Shown: positions 22,711 through 36,619 of the stretch, piece by piece
Numbering within the stretch: the stretch's first letter is position 1
How the letters are laid out: every line of letters begins with the position of its first letter
Assembly: GCF_902713615.1 (NCBI RefSeq)
Contig: NC_052157.1
Coordinates: 12,014,566-12,078,565, forward strand
Length of the DNA stretch: 64,000 bases
Direction of reading: 5' to 3'
DNA from: Scyliorhinus canicula
Taxonomy: Eukaryota
Position numbers and translations under genes: made by a program
The notes under the pieces: generated by a model
The model's database searches: none
Seen by the model: only the letters and a program-made list of their open reading frames with translations
Told to the model about the DNA's origin: nothing

Positions 22711-25700
22711 TAAGTATAAAGTTACTGGGAAAAGCCCCTAGTCGCCACATTCCGACACCTGTTCGGGGGGGCCGATACGGGAATTGAACCCGCACTGCTG
22801 GCCTTGTTCTGCATTACAAGCCAGCTAACTCGCCCCATTACCCTCCCTCCTCCCACTGAATCCAGCCAGCTTTACCCTACTGATCCCCCACCCCTTAGCC
22901 TTGCCCCACAGAAATAAGTGACGCCCTCTCACACAGCCACACACCCTTGAGCATAGTGGATGCCAGGAACGAAGGTGCATTTGGACATCCTTTAACTCAG
23001 TTATTTGGGGTTCTATTGCTCTAAAAGAAAAACCTGACTTTCTGCTGCCAAGGACATTGAAAACAGTTGCAGGAGTAGGCCATTCAGCCCTTCGGGCCTG
23101 CACCACCATTAAATATGGTGCAGTATTCAATTTGGGGCAGCACCATAGGCCAGTGGTTAGCACAGTTGCTTCACAGCTCCAGGGTCCAGATTCGATTCAC
23201 GGCTTGGGTCACTGTCTGCGCGGAGTCTGCACATTTTCCGCGTACGTTTCCTCCGAGTGCTCCGGTTTCCTTCCACAGTCCAAAGATGTGCAGGTTAGGT
23301 GGATTGGCTATGCTAAACTGCCCTTAGTGTCCAAAAAGGTTAGGTGGGTTTACTGGGATAAGGTGGAGTTAAGGGCTTAAGTAGGGTGCTCTTTCCAAGA
23401 GCCTGTGCAGACTCGATGGCCCGAATGGCCTCCTTCTGCCCTGTAAATGCTATGATTCTGTGATGTTCACAACTCTCAGAAAATAAGTTCCTCCTCATCT
23501 CCGTCCTGAATGGCTTATCCTTTATTCTTGGGCTGTGGCCCCTAATTCTGGACGTCCCCAACATCGGGAACATTCTTCCCGCATCTAGCCTGTCCAGTTC
23601 CATCAGGACTTTATATGTTTCCAGGAGCTCCCCTGTCATTCTTCTAAACTTCAGTGAGTACAAGCCCAGTCGATCCAGTCTTTCTTCATATGTCAGTCCT
23701 ACCATCCCGGGAATTAGTCTGGTGAACCAACAAACCTGCTCTGTATTTGCAACATTTTAAATTTCTTTTAAAATTCTTCCCTAAAGAAAGACAATTTCAA
23801 ACCGCTTTCCTGTTACATGTGTAGCTTATTTGCTTTTTCTGACTATGCATCTCTAACCTCCTGCTCCCTTGACATGTTGTTCGTTAAATGCACCACCACA
23901 TGGTTCTGCTACTGACTCACACAACCCAGGGACTAAAGTCACATTGTATGCTAATACCAGTTCACTGATTAACACAACAGCAAGTCAAAATTCCACCTTG
24001 CGTGCATTTTTACCAGCTGACTCGCACACAATGTGGTAACCTAGGCGCTAAAAATAGCAAAGAATTTCAATCACTGGGCTGGGTCCAAAGTTCTGTGCAG
24101 AGCTCTGACGAAGGAGTCTGGGACAAGGGAGGATAACCTTAACATGGGAAATAAACCATTCTGGAGTGATGTCAGGAAAAACACTTCTTCACACAAGTGG
24201 CGGTGGAAACCTGGAACTCTCTCTGCTGGGGGTCTCAAAACTGAGAGAAATCATTTTGCTAAGTGAGGGCTCTAACAGGTGTAAAACTGAGGCGGCGATG
24301 GAGTTATGATGCAATTGAATGGCAGAATACATGTGAAGGGTTGAGTGGCCTTCTCCTATCCCTTTATTCCTTACTTCCTATGTTCCTAGGAGTTAGCTCA
24401 TATCAGCTGGGTCAATGGTCAGGAACATCACAATTGGGTTTCCTGTTGTTTCCAGTCTATTGTTGAGGGTGGGACAGGCAGGAATAATTGGCTGCCTCCC
24501 TCCATCTACTGGCTTTAAATCATAGAATTTACAGTACAGGCCATTCGGCCCATCGAGTCTGCACAGGTCCTTGGAAAGAGCATCCTACCTAAGCCCACAC
24601 CTCCACCCCATCCCCACAACCCAGGAACCCCACCTAACCTTTTTTGGACACCTAGGCCAATTTATCATGGCCAATTCACCTAACCTGCATATCTTTGGAC
24701 TGGGAGGAAACCGGGGCACCCGGAGGAAACCCACATAGACACGGGGAGGATGTGCAGACTCAACACAGACAGTGACCTAAGCCAGGAATTAAACCTGGGC
24801 CCTGGAGCTGTGAAGCAACAGTGCTAACCACTGTGCTATTGGGCCGCCCCTTCAAAATTCCATCTTCCTTAAATGAGTACTTTGCCACAACCCACCCAAG
24901 TGGGCCCTGCTCTCAATTCAGTCCACTCTTACCCCCTGTGCATAGGCATCGCGCACAAACTCCGAGGTCCAGCCTGATTTCCACGATTATTTCAAACGGT
25001 GGGCTGGATTCTCAGTTCCCCAGCCGTGCGCTTCTCGGCCATGCGCCGTTCTCTGGCAACGGCATTTCATTTCCCACCGCTTGACAACAGGATTTCCCAT
25101 TGGAATCACCTCACGTTGGCGGAAACGTTGGTGGATAGGGCGGAGGATTGGGCTGAGGTAGAGTGGACTTTCAAAGGGTCGGTGCACACTCGATGAGCTG
25201 AATGGCCTCCTGCATTGTTGGGGTTCCATGATTCTTACATAGCAAAAGTGAGATTTCTGTGTCTTAAAAATTGAATCTGATCATTTGAACAAACAAATTT
25301 AATCTCAAAGTGAACTATGTGAAGAAGGAATCTCTTTTCTCCCACACTTATTCCTCCACATAATAATAATAATCTTTATTGTCACAAGTAGGCTTACATT
25401 AACATTGCAATGAAGTTACTGTGAAAAGCCCCTAGTCACCACATCCCAGCACCTGTTCGGGTACACGGAGGAAGAATTCAGAATGTCCAATTCACCGAAC
25501 AGCACGTCTTACGTGACCTGTGGGAGGAAACCAGAGCACCCAGAGGAAACCCACAGACACAGGGAGAACGTGCAGACTCCACACAGTGACCCAAGCAGGA
25601 ATCGAACCTGGGACCCTGCAACCCACCCACATATTCAATTCCAGCCTCCTGACTCCATCTAAACTATTTATGAATAGATTCTAACCTGTAGCTCATCCCT

Positions 25701-28700
25701 GGGTATATGTGATTCACTATTCTGCAGCTATTCATTTCGGGATGTCTTCCATGTTTGTAATGTGTATGATTTACTTACGATTCAGGAGCGATGTAGAAGT
25801 GGGCCAGTGTTGACTACTGGGAGTGCAGGAACAGGACTGGAAGAAACAAGTGAGATGGGCAGGAGACCAGGGTGTGCTTATGGAGAAAGTAGCAATCTTG
25901 GCGAGGGGTGGGGTAATGAGGAAGCAGATTGAAACGAGTTCGGACAGCATTCTGGAGGATTTGTCTTTATTGAATGGTCAAATCAGAGCGCCCTGCAAAG
26001 GGATTGATGGAGAAGTCACAAGGTGATAAAAGCGCAGATTATAGTTTTGGCAATCAAGGAGGAGAGATGGAGGCAGAGATGGATCAGGGAGGACGCAGCA
26101 GTGAGGAAGAGGTTGAGCTCATAGTGGAGCCAAACGCAAAGGATCTTCATCTCTGGGCTAAGCAAATATAACGCGGGTAACAACTTATCTTCCTTTACTA
26201 TCTGTACAAATTGTCCTCAATAGATTAAAAAGGACAAGGCCAATGACAATGACATTTATTGGACTAGAACCAGCTGTTGACATGCTTGCAATGGCCACGT
26301 TTAACCATTTAATGGTAGCAATCAGTGCTGCCTGCTGAATAGGCTTTTCGAAGCAAAATGCTGAAACTGCCTCGTACCTTGTCAAGCAGTAATAATCCAA
26401 TGTGATCTGACATCCTCCAGCCTGAAAATGCCCTTTGTTAACACTAGTTATCAACATTAGCAATTATCAACACTAATTAGAACAATAATCTTTATTAGTG
26501 TCACAAGTAGGCTTACATTAACACTGCAATGATGTTACTGTGAAAATCCCCAAGTTGCCACACTACGGCACCTGTTCGGGTACATAGAGGGAGACTTCAG
26601 AATGTCCAATTCACCTAACAAGCACATCTTTGAGACTTGTGGAAGGAAACCGGAGCACCCGGAGGAAACCCACGCAGACACGGGGAGAACGTGCAGACTC
26701 TGCACAGACAGTGACCCAAGCCGGGAATTGAACCAGAGTCCCTGGTGGTGAAACAACAGTGCTAATCACTGTGCTACCGAGCTGCCCTAGTAATTAACTA
26801 GTTTACACAACCAATAGCCTCCATCATCACTCAGTGCTATCCTACAAACTAACCAATTTACCAACTTCCAACTTCATAATTTACAACACTGTGATTTAAA
26901 CATTCCCCAGGTTGTTTGCACACTACTGCCTTAAGGAATAACCAAAAACCCATTAGAAATTGGAAGCGGGAGATGGCTACGCTGTTCTACGTGTCAAGGA
27001 TGGAAGGACAATCTACGGGAGGTGTTTAATTCAATAAAGAGATTTTGGTGGTGGATAAAGATAAATTTAAGTCCTTTGGTGAGAGAATCCAGTACAAAGC
27101 AGCATAATCTTAAAAGTTATATCTAGGCCATTTAGGTTTGAAATCAGGAAGCACACTTTGACACAAAGGATAGGATGAATCTAGACCTCTTCCCAGAAGG
27201 TGCCAGCAGTCATGTTACTCTCAAGGCTCAGACCAATTGATTATTTGTCAAGAGCATTAAGGGATATGGAGCAGGTGAGCAACTGAGCTTTAGGTACAAG
27301 GTCAGCCACGATTTTGTAAATGACTGATCAGGTATCCCTATATGTTCTTAAACTAGATCTTCACCTCTGGGATCTGCAATCAAGTCCAACCTGAATTCAC
27401 TTGCCTCAGAAGTCTTCGTCACTGGCTCAATGTATCCACTCAATGAAACTTTAATCCAATTACCAGCTGGCGATGACCTTCAGCATAAAAACACTTCACA
27501 ATTGGCACATGTAATCAGTGAAAAGATAAGACTGCATGATATTTACTGGATTTGATTCCATGCCCCAGACATGAAAACACAGTGACTATCACATAATACC
27601 AGCCAGTTACCTACTGTAAATTGGCATTCACACAGAGCGTCAGATGCCACAAAATGGGGAGTCGGTGAGCTGTGTTGGCTGGACGGCCTGTTCATGATGC
27701 GGAGCGACACCAGTACTGGTTCAATTCACATACCAGCTGAGGTTATTCATGAAGGCTCCACCTTCTCAACTTTGCCCCTCACCAGAGGTGTGGTGATCCT
27801 TAAGTTAAATCACCACCAGTCAGCTCTCAAAGGAGAGAGCATCCTCTGGGACTGTGGTGGCGTTTCCATTTTACAGATATCACACAATGGGGGACACTAG
27901 AAGTAGAAGTAGAACAGTACAGCACCGAACAGGCCCTTCGGCCCTCAATGTTGTGCCGAACAATGATCACCCTACTCAAACCCACGTATCCACCCTATAC
28001 CCCTAACCCAACAACCCCCCTCCCCCCTTACCTTTACTTTTTAGGGACACTACAGGCAATTTAGCATAGCCAATCCACCTAACCCGCACATCTTTGGACT
28101 GTGGGAGGAAACCAGAGCACCCGGAGGAAACCCACGCTCACACGGGGAGGACGTGCAGACTCCGCACAGACAGTGACCCAGCCGGGAATCGAACCTGGGA
28201 CCCTGGAGCTGTGAAGCATTTATGCTAACCACCATGCTACCGTGTTGCCCCTTAACTACTGAAGCATTTTGTTGGGCAGTGATTATACATCTGCCCTGGG
28301 AGCACTTGGCTCTGACCTCTGACCCCCCCCCCCCCCCCAAGAGTCGTAGAACATAATCAGTTTACCAGCTTTAGCTCCACAAGCAAAATGAAGAGATCCG
28401 AATCCTGATTCTGCAATTGTTGATGAAGCCAAGTTGATTTCATTTTTATCCCTGGAGCCAGAGATTTAGGCCAATGGAGGAAGGGGTGGGGGATGGAGAA
28501 GCTGATGCTTTTGGGATCCCAAAAGTCATTGAGTTTCAAATAAGTTCTCAACTTCTAAAACCAAAATAAAACCTACCAGTGGTGGCTAGTTTGATTTGCC
28601 ATGAAATCAAACAGAGATCCCGTAACAGGTCCATCAACTCCGGGGAAAATTCAAGATGGGGCGGAGTATGAAAATCAGGTCACAATACCACCCAGCCTGA

Positions 28701-30931
28701 CCGCAACTCAAGAACAGGCCTGTAGAAACCAACTATTTTCTAATACACCTGATAGGTAAAAGATAGCTATTTAGTGTAAATATTAAGCCTCAGTCTTTAA
28801 ATACCCATTTTACATTCACTCATAATCTCAGGCCATCTCAAAACATAGAGACACAAAACAGCATAATTCCATTATACATTAAAGCAACACTTTTACTGAG
28901 CTAACAAATACATTTGCAAGACAGTTTGACACTCTACTTGTGCTGTACCATTTATCAGATCAGGGACATAGCAACACCATCGTAATATGAAGGCACCATT
29001 GTTCACAACACAGATAACAGCTAAGTCAGCAGAAGTCCAGTTTAAGCTGCTCGTGATAACAGCACAGAATTGCATTCCATAACATGCACAAGTATTCACA
29101 TGAAACATTTAAAGCTAATGTTGCACATTAAAGATTGACAGCTAACCATCAAATCAAACTCATTTGATTCTAACCCAAATCAATTAGGATGACTTAGAGG
29201 TGTAGATAGATGGCTAAAGACTGATGATTTCCTGTAACTGTGAATGTCCGTACGGCCATCTTTATCCCGATCATTCTATACTTTGATCTGAACTATTCGC
29301 TATCTCTATTTTTCACTTTTCCACTCTAACTCTTGAAGTAAATGCACGCTGTTGTGCCATAAGCAAGAAACCATTTCTGTATTATTTTAAAAGTTAAATT
29401 GTGTACAAGTTGCTTCTCTTCAAGTCCTTTTTGCTAGCCAGACTTTTTAGAGAATAAGATTTAAGTGACTCTCAATTATAATAAAATAGAGGCAATAAAC
29501 AATTATTGTTTGCATCCGAGAAGTTTTAACTCAAATTTCTACTGAGTTTTAGTGTCGCACGTTCCTCACTAATTCCGCATGGTAGATCTCTTACAAGGTC
29601 TCACTGCTCAGTCCAACGCTAGTTTGCCACTGCCTGTTCCACTTGGCCACCAACAGTCTGGGAGTGCCAAGCAATTCTGGACCCTATCTGCAAATCCCTC
29701 AAATCTGCATTCCCTGGGATAGCCAACTGGGCCCAAACCAAGGTAGACTCAGAAAAGTCCAAAACTGGGCCCAAACCAAGGAGCCTGCAGCAGAAAATGC
29801 AAACGGACTGCAAGTCAATAACGTTGTCTACCTTGGTTTGGGCCCAGTCCAAAGATGTGCAGGTTAGGTGGATTGGCCATGATAAATTGCCCTTAGTGAC
29901 CAAAAAGGTTAGGAGTTATTGGGTCACGGGGATAGGGTGGAAGTGAGTGCTTAAATGGGTCGGTGCAGACTCAATGGGCCGATTGGCCTCCTTCTGCACT
30001 GTATGTTCTATGTTAACAGCAGGACATGCCAGTATTCAAAACACCCATCTCAATTCAGGTATAGACAAATACTCGGGGAACTGGCCTGTTTTGTTTGCCT
30101 ACACAACAGCCTTCGGTACCTCAAACTCATTCATTGTGAAATACAGAGTTATGTGGTTTGATATAGGAATTTACCACGTCACTGTAGTTTGCTTTGCACT
30201 GCCTGTAATAATAAAAATAATCTTTGTCACAAATAGGCTTACATTAACACCGCAATGAAGGCTGGTTTAGCTCAGTGGGCTAGACAGCTGGTTTGTGATG
30301 CAAAACAAGGCCAGCAGCGAGGGTTCAATTCCCATACCAGCTTACCCGAACAGGCACCGGAATGTGGCGACTAGGGGCTTTTCACAGGTAACTTCATACC
30401 TGTGACAATAAAAGGTTATTATTATTAGTTATTCTTAGTTACTGTGAAAAGCCCCGAGTCGCCACATTCCAGCACCTGTTCGGGTACAGAGGGGGAATTC
30501 AGAATGTCCAAATTACCTAACAGCATGTCTTTCGGGACTTGTGGGAGGAAACTCACGTAGACACAGGGAGAACATGCAGACTCCGCGCAGACAGTGACCC
30601 AAGCCGGTAATCGAACCTGGGACCCTGATGCTTGAAGCAACAGTGCTATCCACTGTAGTCACAAATTAAGACCCAAAAGTTCTAATATCCCCATTTCATC
30701 ATTCCATGTGTTGCCACATCTGATGGATGCTAATAGCGGGTTATAATACCCACAATAGGATGTGGGTTTCACCCTGCCTTCAGTGGCAGCTTGCTGCACC
30801 GAAGTGTGTTTGTTGTGTCCAGGGTTCTATCGGACATCCCAAGACCCGGCTGGTGTAGCGAAGACCACATGCGGTTGAAACCAACATGTCTGACAGAATA
30901 ATAAAGACAATGGCCGATTGTTTGAAAATAA

Positions 30932-30937
30932 TTTATT
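30932..30937 (-). terminator. Candidate AEN polyadenylation signal (implies a 3'UTR of about 3.8 kb)
   Basis: AATAAA on the minus strand in unique sequence, followed by U/GU-rich sequence. Confidence 0.3.
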
Positions 30938-33724
30938 GTCCAACAAACCACGCGGCAAATTCATCCAGAAGGTTACAAATCTTTCAGCCCTCCAATCAGA
31001 CTGGTTGAATGTGACAGGCGGACGCTGGTTGAAAGTAGTGAACAGCAAGATTAGGATTTACACCAGGAACTCTTGTCACGACTGGGGGAGCAACAGAAGT
31101 GATGTCCCATGAACAAAACCTGTGAAACGCAATGATGGTGACTGTGTGGTCCTTTGTGGGTGAGCAATCTATGATGGGCCAAGTGGTCTTCCTCATCTAC
31201 TTTCGGTTATTTGTGAAAAGCAATTGCAAACACATACAATGGAACTCATTCCCTTGCTCTCCTGAAGGCACCAATTGACTTGAGTGTCGGTTGCGGGAGC
31301 CCTGCTTTCTCACAAATAAGGCAACTTGTCATCAAGCTATTCATCAGTGGAAAGCCTCACTTCTCACTGCAAACCCAAACGTCCCCACACATTGGTCGGG
31401 TTGAAGGGTCGTCGTGGGGGGGGGGGGTTTGTTGTTGTCAAGGGAGTAGCAAAGAGGAGCGGTAACACTGGTTGATGAGTTTTACACCTTTTTTCACCAT
31501 GGGGTGCTTGATCAATGGTAGCATTATAGTGTCTCCCAACCCCCCCCCCCCCCCCCCATGCCAATTTGGGATCTTCCGGGTTGCTCTGCTTCAGACCAAA
31601 CCATCATGATTTGACAATGCTGCAAAGCAACGAACCAAAAATAAAACGCAAAGAAAAGGTAAACGGCACGTCAAATATAGATAGCAATATCTATGTACCT
31701 CTCAGAACAAATAAAACATGCAAACTACAACAGAAACTACTAGAAATTCTTATCGATCATCCAACTATGGTTGATAGTTCCTCCTGCCTGAAGGACTTGT
31801 TTTGAAAGAATTACAATGCGTTCCAAACCAGTTTTGTAAATCTTCAACTAATGTTTAGAACGGAAAGAAAAATGTAGACCGCACTGAAGTAAAAGTAAAG
31901 TTGCCATAATCCCAGATGACCATAGCTGCTTTCCCCTTTGAGGGGGAGAGCTGACTTGTGGCGATTTAACCTGAGGATCACCACACCTCAAGCGAGGGGC
32001 AAGTTTGAGAACGTCGGGCCTTCATGAGTAACCTCAGCCGGTTCGGGAATTGAACCCACGCTGCTGGCGTCGCGCTGCATCACGAACCAGCTGTCCCGCC
32101 AATTGAGAAAAAAACCCAACAAAAACACATAGAAGTACAAAATCAAAGATGCACAGGCAGTGGGTAAAGCATTGCTGTAGCAGGTTCCATGAACTCAGCT
32201 AATGAAGTATGTTTGAAGTGTAGTGCAACGTAGGACATGAAATGAAATGAAATGAAAATCGCTTATTGTCACAAGTAGGCTTCAATGAAGTTACTGTGAA
32301 AAGCCCCGAGTCGCCACATTCTGGTGCCTGTTCGGGGAGGCTGGTACGGGAATTGAACCGTGCTGCTGGCCTGCCTTGGTCTGCTTTCAAAGCCAGCGAT
32401 TTAGCCCTGTGTGCTAAAGCAAGTTTCTGCACAACAGGATCCTACAAGCAGCAGTGTGATAATGACCAGTTCAGCTGTTTTTAGTTGCTGGTTAAGGAAT
32501 AAATCTGGGCCAGGACACCAAAGTAATGTATCCACCTCCTTTTTAGCAAAGTGCCATTGGATCAAGTCTGAGTCAGAGGAATATGGGCTTAATTCCCCCT
32601 TTAGAGACACAAGTACTACTCAATGGTCGGGCCACAGCTGACACCCAAAAAAACTTTCCATTGAGGTAACATCTCAGCAATGCTTTGAAACTCTCAGCAT
32701 GCAATGAATTATTTGCCATTCAACGGCTATGTTGTCGGGAAGCAGAGCAGCCATTTTGTGCACAGCGAATAGCCTCACAATAAATGGTCAATTAATTAAA
32801 CTGCTTTTCTTCGCCCCTGTTCTTCAAATACCGCAACGGCATCTCATCTTCATTGGAGGCAGGTGGTGAAGTCAGGCCTCAGCTGAAGAGTGGCCTCGGA
32901 GCGTACGCTTCCTCGGTAAAAGGGTATCACAAAAAAAGGATTGCACAAGAAATAAAACGGACAGGGTGATGCACAAGAGGAATCCCCGTTCTAGTGGGGG
33001 ACCAGACCTTTACAAAAGGAGGAAAGGAAATTGGGACAGGGAGTGCTGCGGCATATTTTGGGGTCCACATCCAAACTCAACAAGCCATTTAAAGCAGCAA
33101 GAGAGCAGGTTTCACTCCGCCGTATTTCTTCCCCAGCCCAGTGAAAGGGCGGGGTCTCCCAACACCCAGCATATAATCACAGCAAACTCCCACTAAGTGG
33201 GCAATGTTTCACAACATTCAACAAGGTTTTCAGACCAAGGGGCCATTTTGTCGCAAAATTACTTAAAGTTGTAGTGCAATTATTTTTCCTTCAGTTTTCC
33301 ACTTGAGCCCATAGCTCTTTGGTATAATGCAGATACATAAACTAGACAAAGCAAAGCTGGAACATGGAATACACGAGAACATGAACCAGTTATAAAGACA
33401 GTGAGTTAGACAGGAAATTAGTTAACACAAGGCGAAAATCGAGAGAGAAGACCGGGATTAGAGAATTTAGCGGGGAGGGGGCTAAAATGAGCCAGGGAAT
33501 TTCTATCATTAATCCACAAGATGACGGATTTAATTTACGATCATAAATAGAATCCAAACAGAGCCTTTCTCGCCAACCCTTCCCAAAACTTGAACAAAGC
33601 ACTTCATTAGCCGAGGTGAACTGGCGCGGTACACTTACTGCCATCTCCATCATGCTTTTGTTAGTCTGAATTATACTGTCTAGACAGCCTCGGAGCAGAC
33701 ATTTTGTCAAGAACCCCTCCCTCA

Positions 33725-33783
33725 TGTGACATCATCAATGGGGAATGGCTCCCACAAATCACTGCCTCACTGATGATGTCACA
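33725..33783. other. Hairpin with a 13-bp perfect inverted repeat in the inferred AEN 3'UTR
   Basis: TGTGACATCATCA 33725-33737 and TGATGATGTCACA 33771-33783. Confidence 0.7.
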
Positions 33784-34714
33784 GGGGAAAGAAACAAACG
33801 TTCTGCCTTCATTTAACCTGCAACTCCTTCCAATACAGGCCTCGCGGAGAAGGACCACCACCTGCTGTTCAGCTCTGGTGATCTTCCTGTTTGGGGCCTC
33901 GAAGATAAGTGTAAGGGCTGGACTCCTGAGGAGATAGCAACCGGAGGGAGGTTAGTAACACCTGCATTGTGTCCCAGCAAGAGTTAGCAGATAGAGTCAC
34001 CATATTCAGGTGGAAGGGAGAAAAGAAATTGATCACATTAACGTTTTTTGGAAAAAAGGAGCAATCTGTAATTGTTCCATGTACGAACACAACCGTTATC
34101 CTAATAGACAAATCATCCACAAATTTAAATGTCAAGGCAAGTGAAATGAGTTAGCACCAAGCACTACCAGGTTAGATGTGGCAAAGGGTGGATACTGACT
34201 GCAGCTCTCCCTCGATTGTGCCCCGACTATTTGCCTCCATCCTGACCACAGGACAGCACCCACTATTGAACATCCCTCCATTTCCGACAACGGCTACCCT
34301 GCTCTCACAGAGTACAGTTTGGTACTTTTGACACTTGACCACCGACAAAAGGACTGGGATGCCCCAGGACTCTATTTTCACCCAGGTCCCCAGGGAATAG
34401 CAACACTCACACTCCTTATAGCATTTTGGTGGCAAACACCACTATTTGGCGCAGTACCAAGCCGCTCAGTGCAGGAAGATCATGCATCTATGCTGATTCA
34501 TTAGCAGATCTCAAACCTTTAGCACTGCATTCTTCCCACCAGACCTATTTCATTGGTAAAAGTTAGTGAGAGATTAAATATTTGTTTTGTCGTTCAGATG
34601 GAGAGGGAAGACCCAAGAACAATTGAACCATAAGAATGCATCACAGCCACTGGAGTTTAGACTGTTCCAATAGTGTTCATCTCTGCTCCTGATGTAGATT
34701 AATAGTTTGTCTGA

Positions 34715-34921
34715 TCATTTACTAATCTCGTGCAAATCAGCAGGCCAATACTGGTCGCCCATGTAGCGATCGATTTCAGAGTTTGTTTCAGAAGCTGTGT
34801 GTTCGCGTTCCGTTGCCGACAGCCGATTGTATTGTTTCTTCTCCCACTGAATTTCCACCAGTCGATACAACTCCATGGAGGCACAGGCATCCTCAACTGA
34901 ACAGTGTCCATCTCTGCCAAC
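34715..34921 (-). CDS. AEN: AEN last coding exon
   Basis: Acceptor gtgacag|GTT. Reads VGRDGHCSVEDACASMELYRLVEIQWEKK...RYMGDQYWPADLHEISK*. The C-terminal YMxDQYWPxDL motif is typical of AEN. Confidence 0.92.
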   Translation of the reverse strand, partial: VGRDGHCSVEDACASMELYRLVEIQWEKKQYNRLSATEREHTASETNSEIDRYMGDQYWPADLHEISK

Positions 34922-36619
34922 CTGTCACAACAAAAGGAAATCATGGTCAATAAAGAAGAGGAAAATATTGTCCTACCTCCACCTCCGATCCGAACCAAAA
35001 TTCTTCAACATCTGCCCCGCAGGGCATAGTTCTGCAGCTACCAAATAAAACCCCCCCACCCCTCAAATCACCCTGCCCAAGTGCCAAAGTTGCATGCACG
35101 GGGCTGGAGAGCACGTGGCGATAGACACGTCAACCGCGAGGGGCATCACAGCCAATCCTACCCCGCTTTCACCAGACACCCACATCTGTACAGATGTCAG
35201 CAGCAGTCATCATCAGGAATGGGAATCATGCCGGATCCTTTCCCCTAATCAATGACACCCCACCATCCCAACTATTGTTCTGCCCCCACTATCAACATCC
35301 TGTGGTGTTACCCCAGACCAGAAACTGAACTGGATAAGCCACATAAATACTGTAGCAGGTCAAAAGCTAGGAATCCTGCGGTAACTCAGCTCCCGACTCC
35401 CCAAAGCTTATCCTGCCTAAAGGAAGAAGAGGCAACCCCAGCTTTGTACCACGGGAAAAGACTAAAAGTTCACAAACATTACATAGGGCGGCTTCAGGTG
35501 CTGCTGCATTAATGAGTTCACTGCCGCTTGGTCAAAATCCCGGAACTCCCTCCCCAACACCACCGTGGGTGTACCTACACTGGAGGGTCTGCAGCGGAAA
35601 AGGGCAACTAAGGATGCCCTTCTCAAGGGCAACTAGAGTTGGGCAATAGATGCTGGCCTAGCGCCGCTACATCCCTCAAACAAAGAACAGAAGTCAGTTA
35701 TAATATGCTGGACTGGGGGTGTAGCAGAGTTGGAGCACACAACACATCAGAATGGCGATAAACCATGGCTTCCTACTTGACTGAATCCCCCCAGCTAGCT
35801 GGGAACATCCATCGATGACTGCAGTATGAAGGAGGCATGCGCTATGCCATATGAAACTGTACAAAAAACCCAACATAATTTGCCTTTGGATCATGATTCA
35901 AACTGTGTCCACATCACGGCCAGTTGCTGACTAAAGTGCAGTCACTGTTGAGTAAAGGCTATTGATTCCTCCTCAATAGCTACATAGGGTCCCAGTTTAA
36001 CTTTCCATCTCTTTCCCCTCCCCTATCCGCAAAGAAATTTGGGCACCGCCAAGATAGAACCCCACCTCTGACCCGAGCTCGCCCACAGTCCCACCTCACT
36101 ACTCCTAACAGGCCCAGCTTCAATCATCCCCTCATCCCTCACTGTAACTGTACCACAATCCCTGTCAGCAGAGAATTTGTGCTCAAGTCCTGGAATGGGG
36201 TATGAACCATTGCATTTCAGGCTCAGACACACGAGTGCTCCCGACGGAGCCACGGTGGACTCACTAATGGCAGCACCAGAAGCCACCCGATGTAACTTGT
36301 GTACACTTTTAATCCTTTCAGCTACAAGGCTGGGGTCACCTCTTCTTCCTCCTTTTGGCAAGTTGGTTGATTCTAGTTTCCAACACCCTGGGCCAATAGC
36401 TAACCCCAGTAAACAAATCTGCTTCTGCGTCATTTGTTTCTGCAGTAACCAGGCGGTTATATATCAGCTGAGTTTCAGTTCCTGATTATGTCGGGCATGA
36501 ACTAACTAGTTTCATGTGTAATGCACCACATGATGCAACTCTATAATTACAGCAGCTATGGGAACCAGTTAGAGCATAAAGGCTGGTAGATTGAAGGTTG
36601 TACAATATGGGCGTGATAC

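Noticed and set aside
36493-36512. p53-like element GGGCATGAAC TAACTAGTTT in an AEN intron; lone half-sites at 42883 and 47652
   Set aside because: Three mismatches, or single half-sites (one inside a LINE fragment). This is chance-level, although AEN is a known p53 target.
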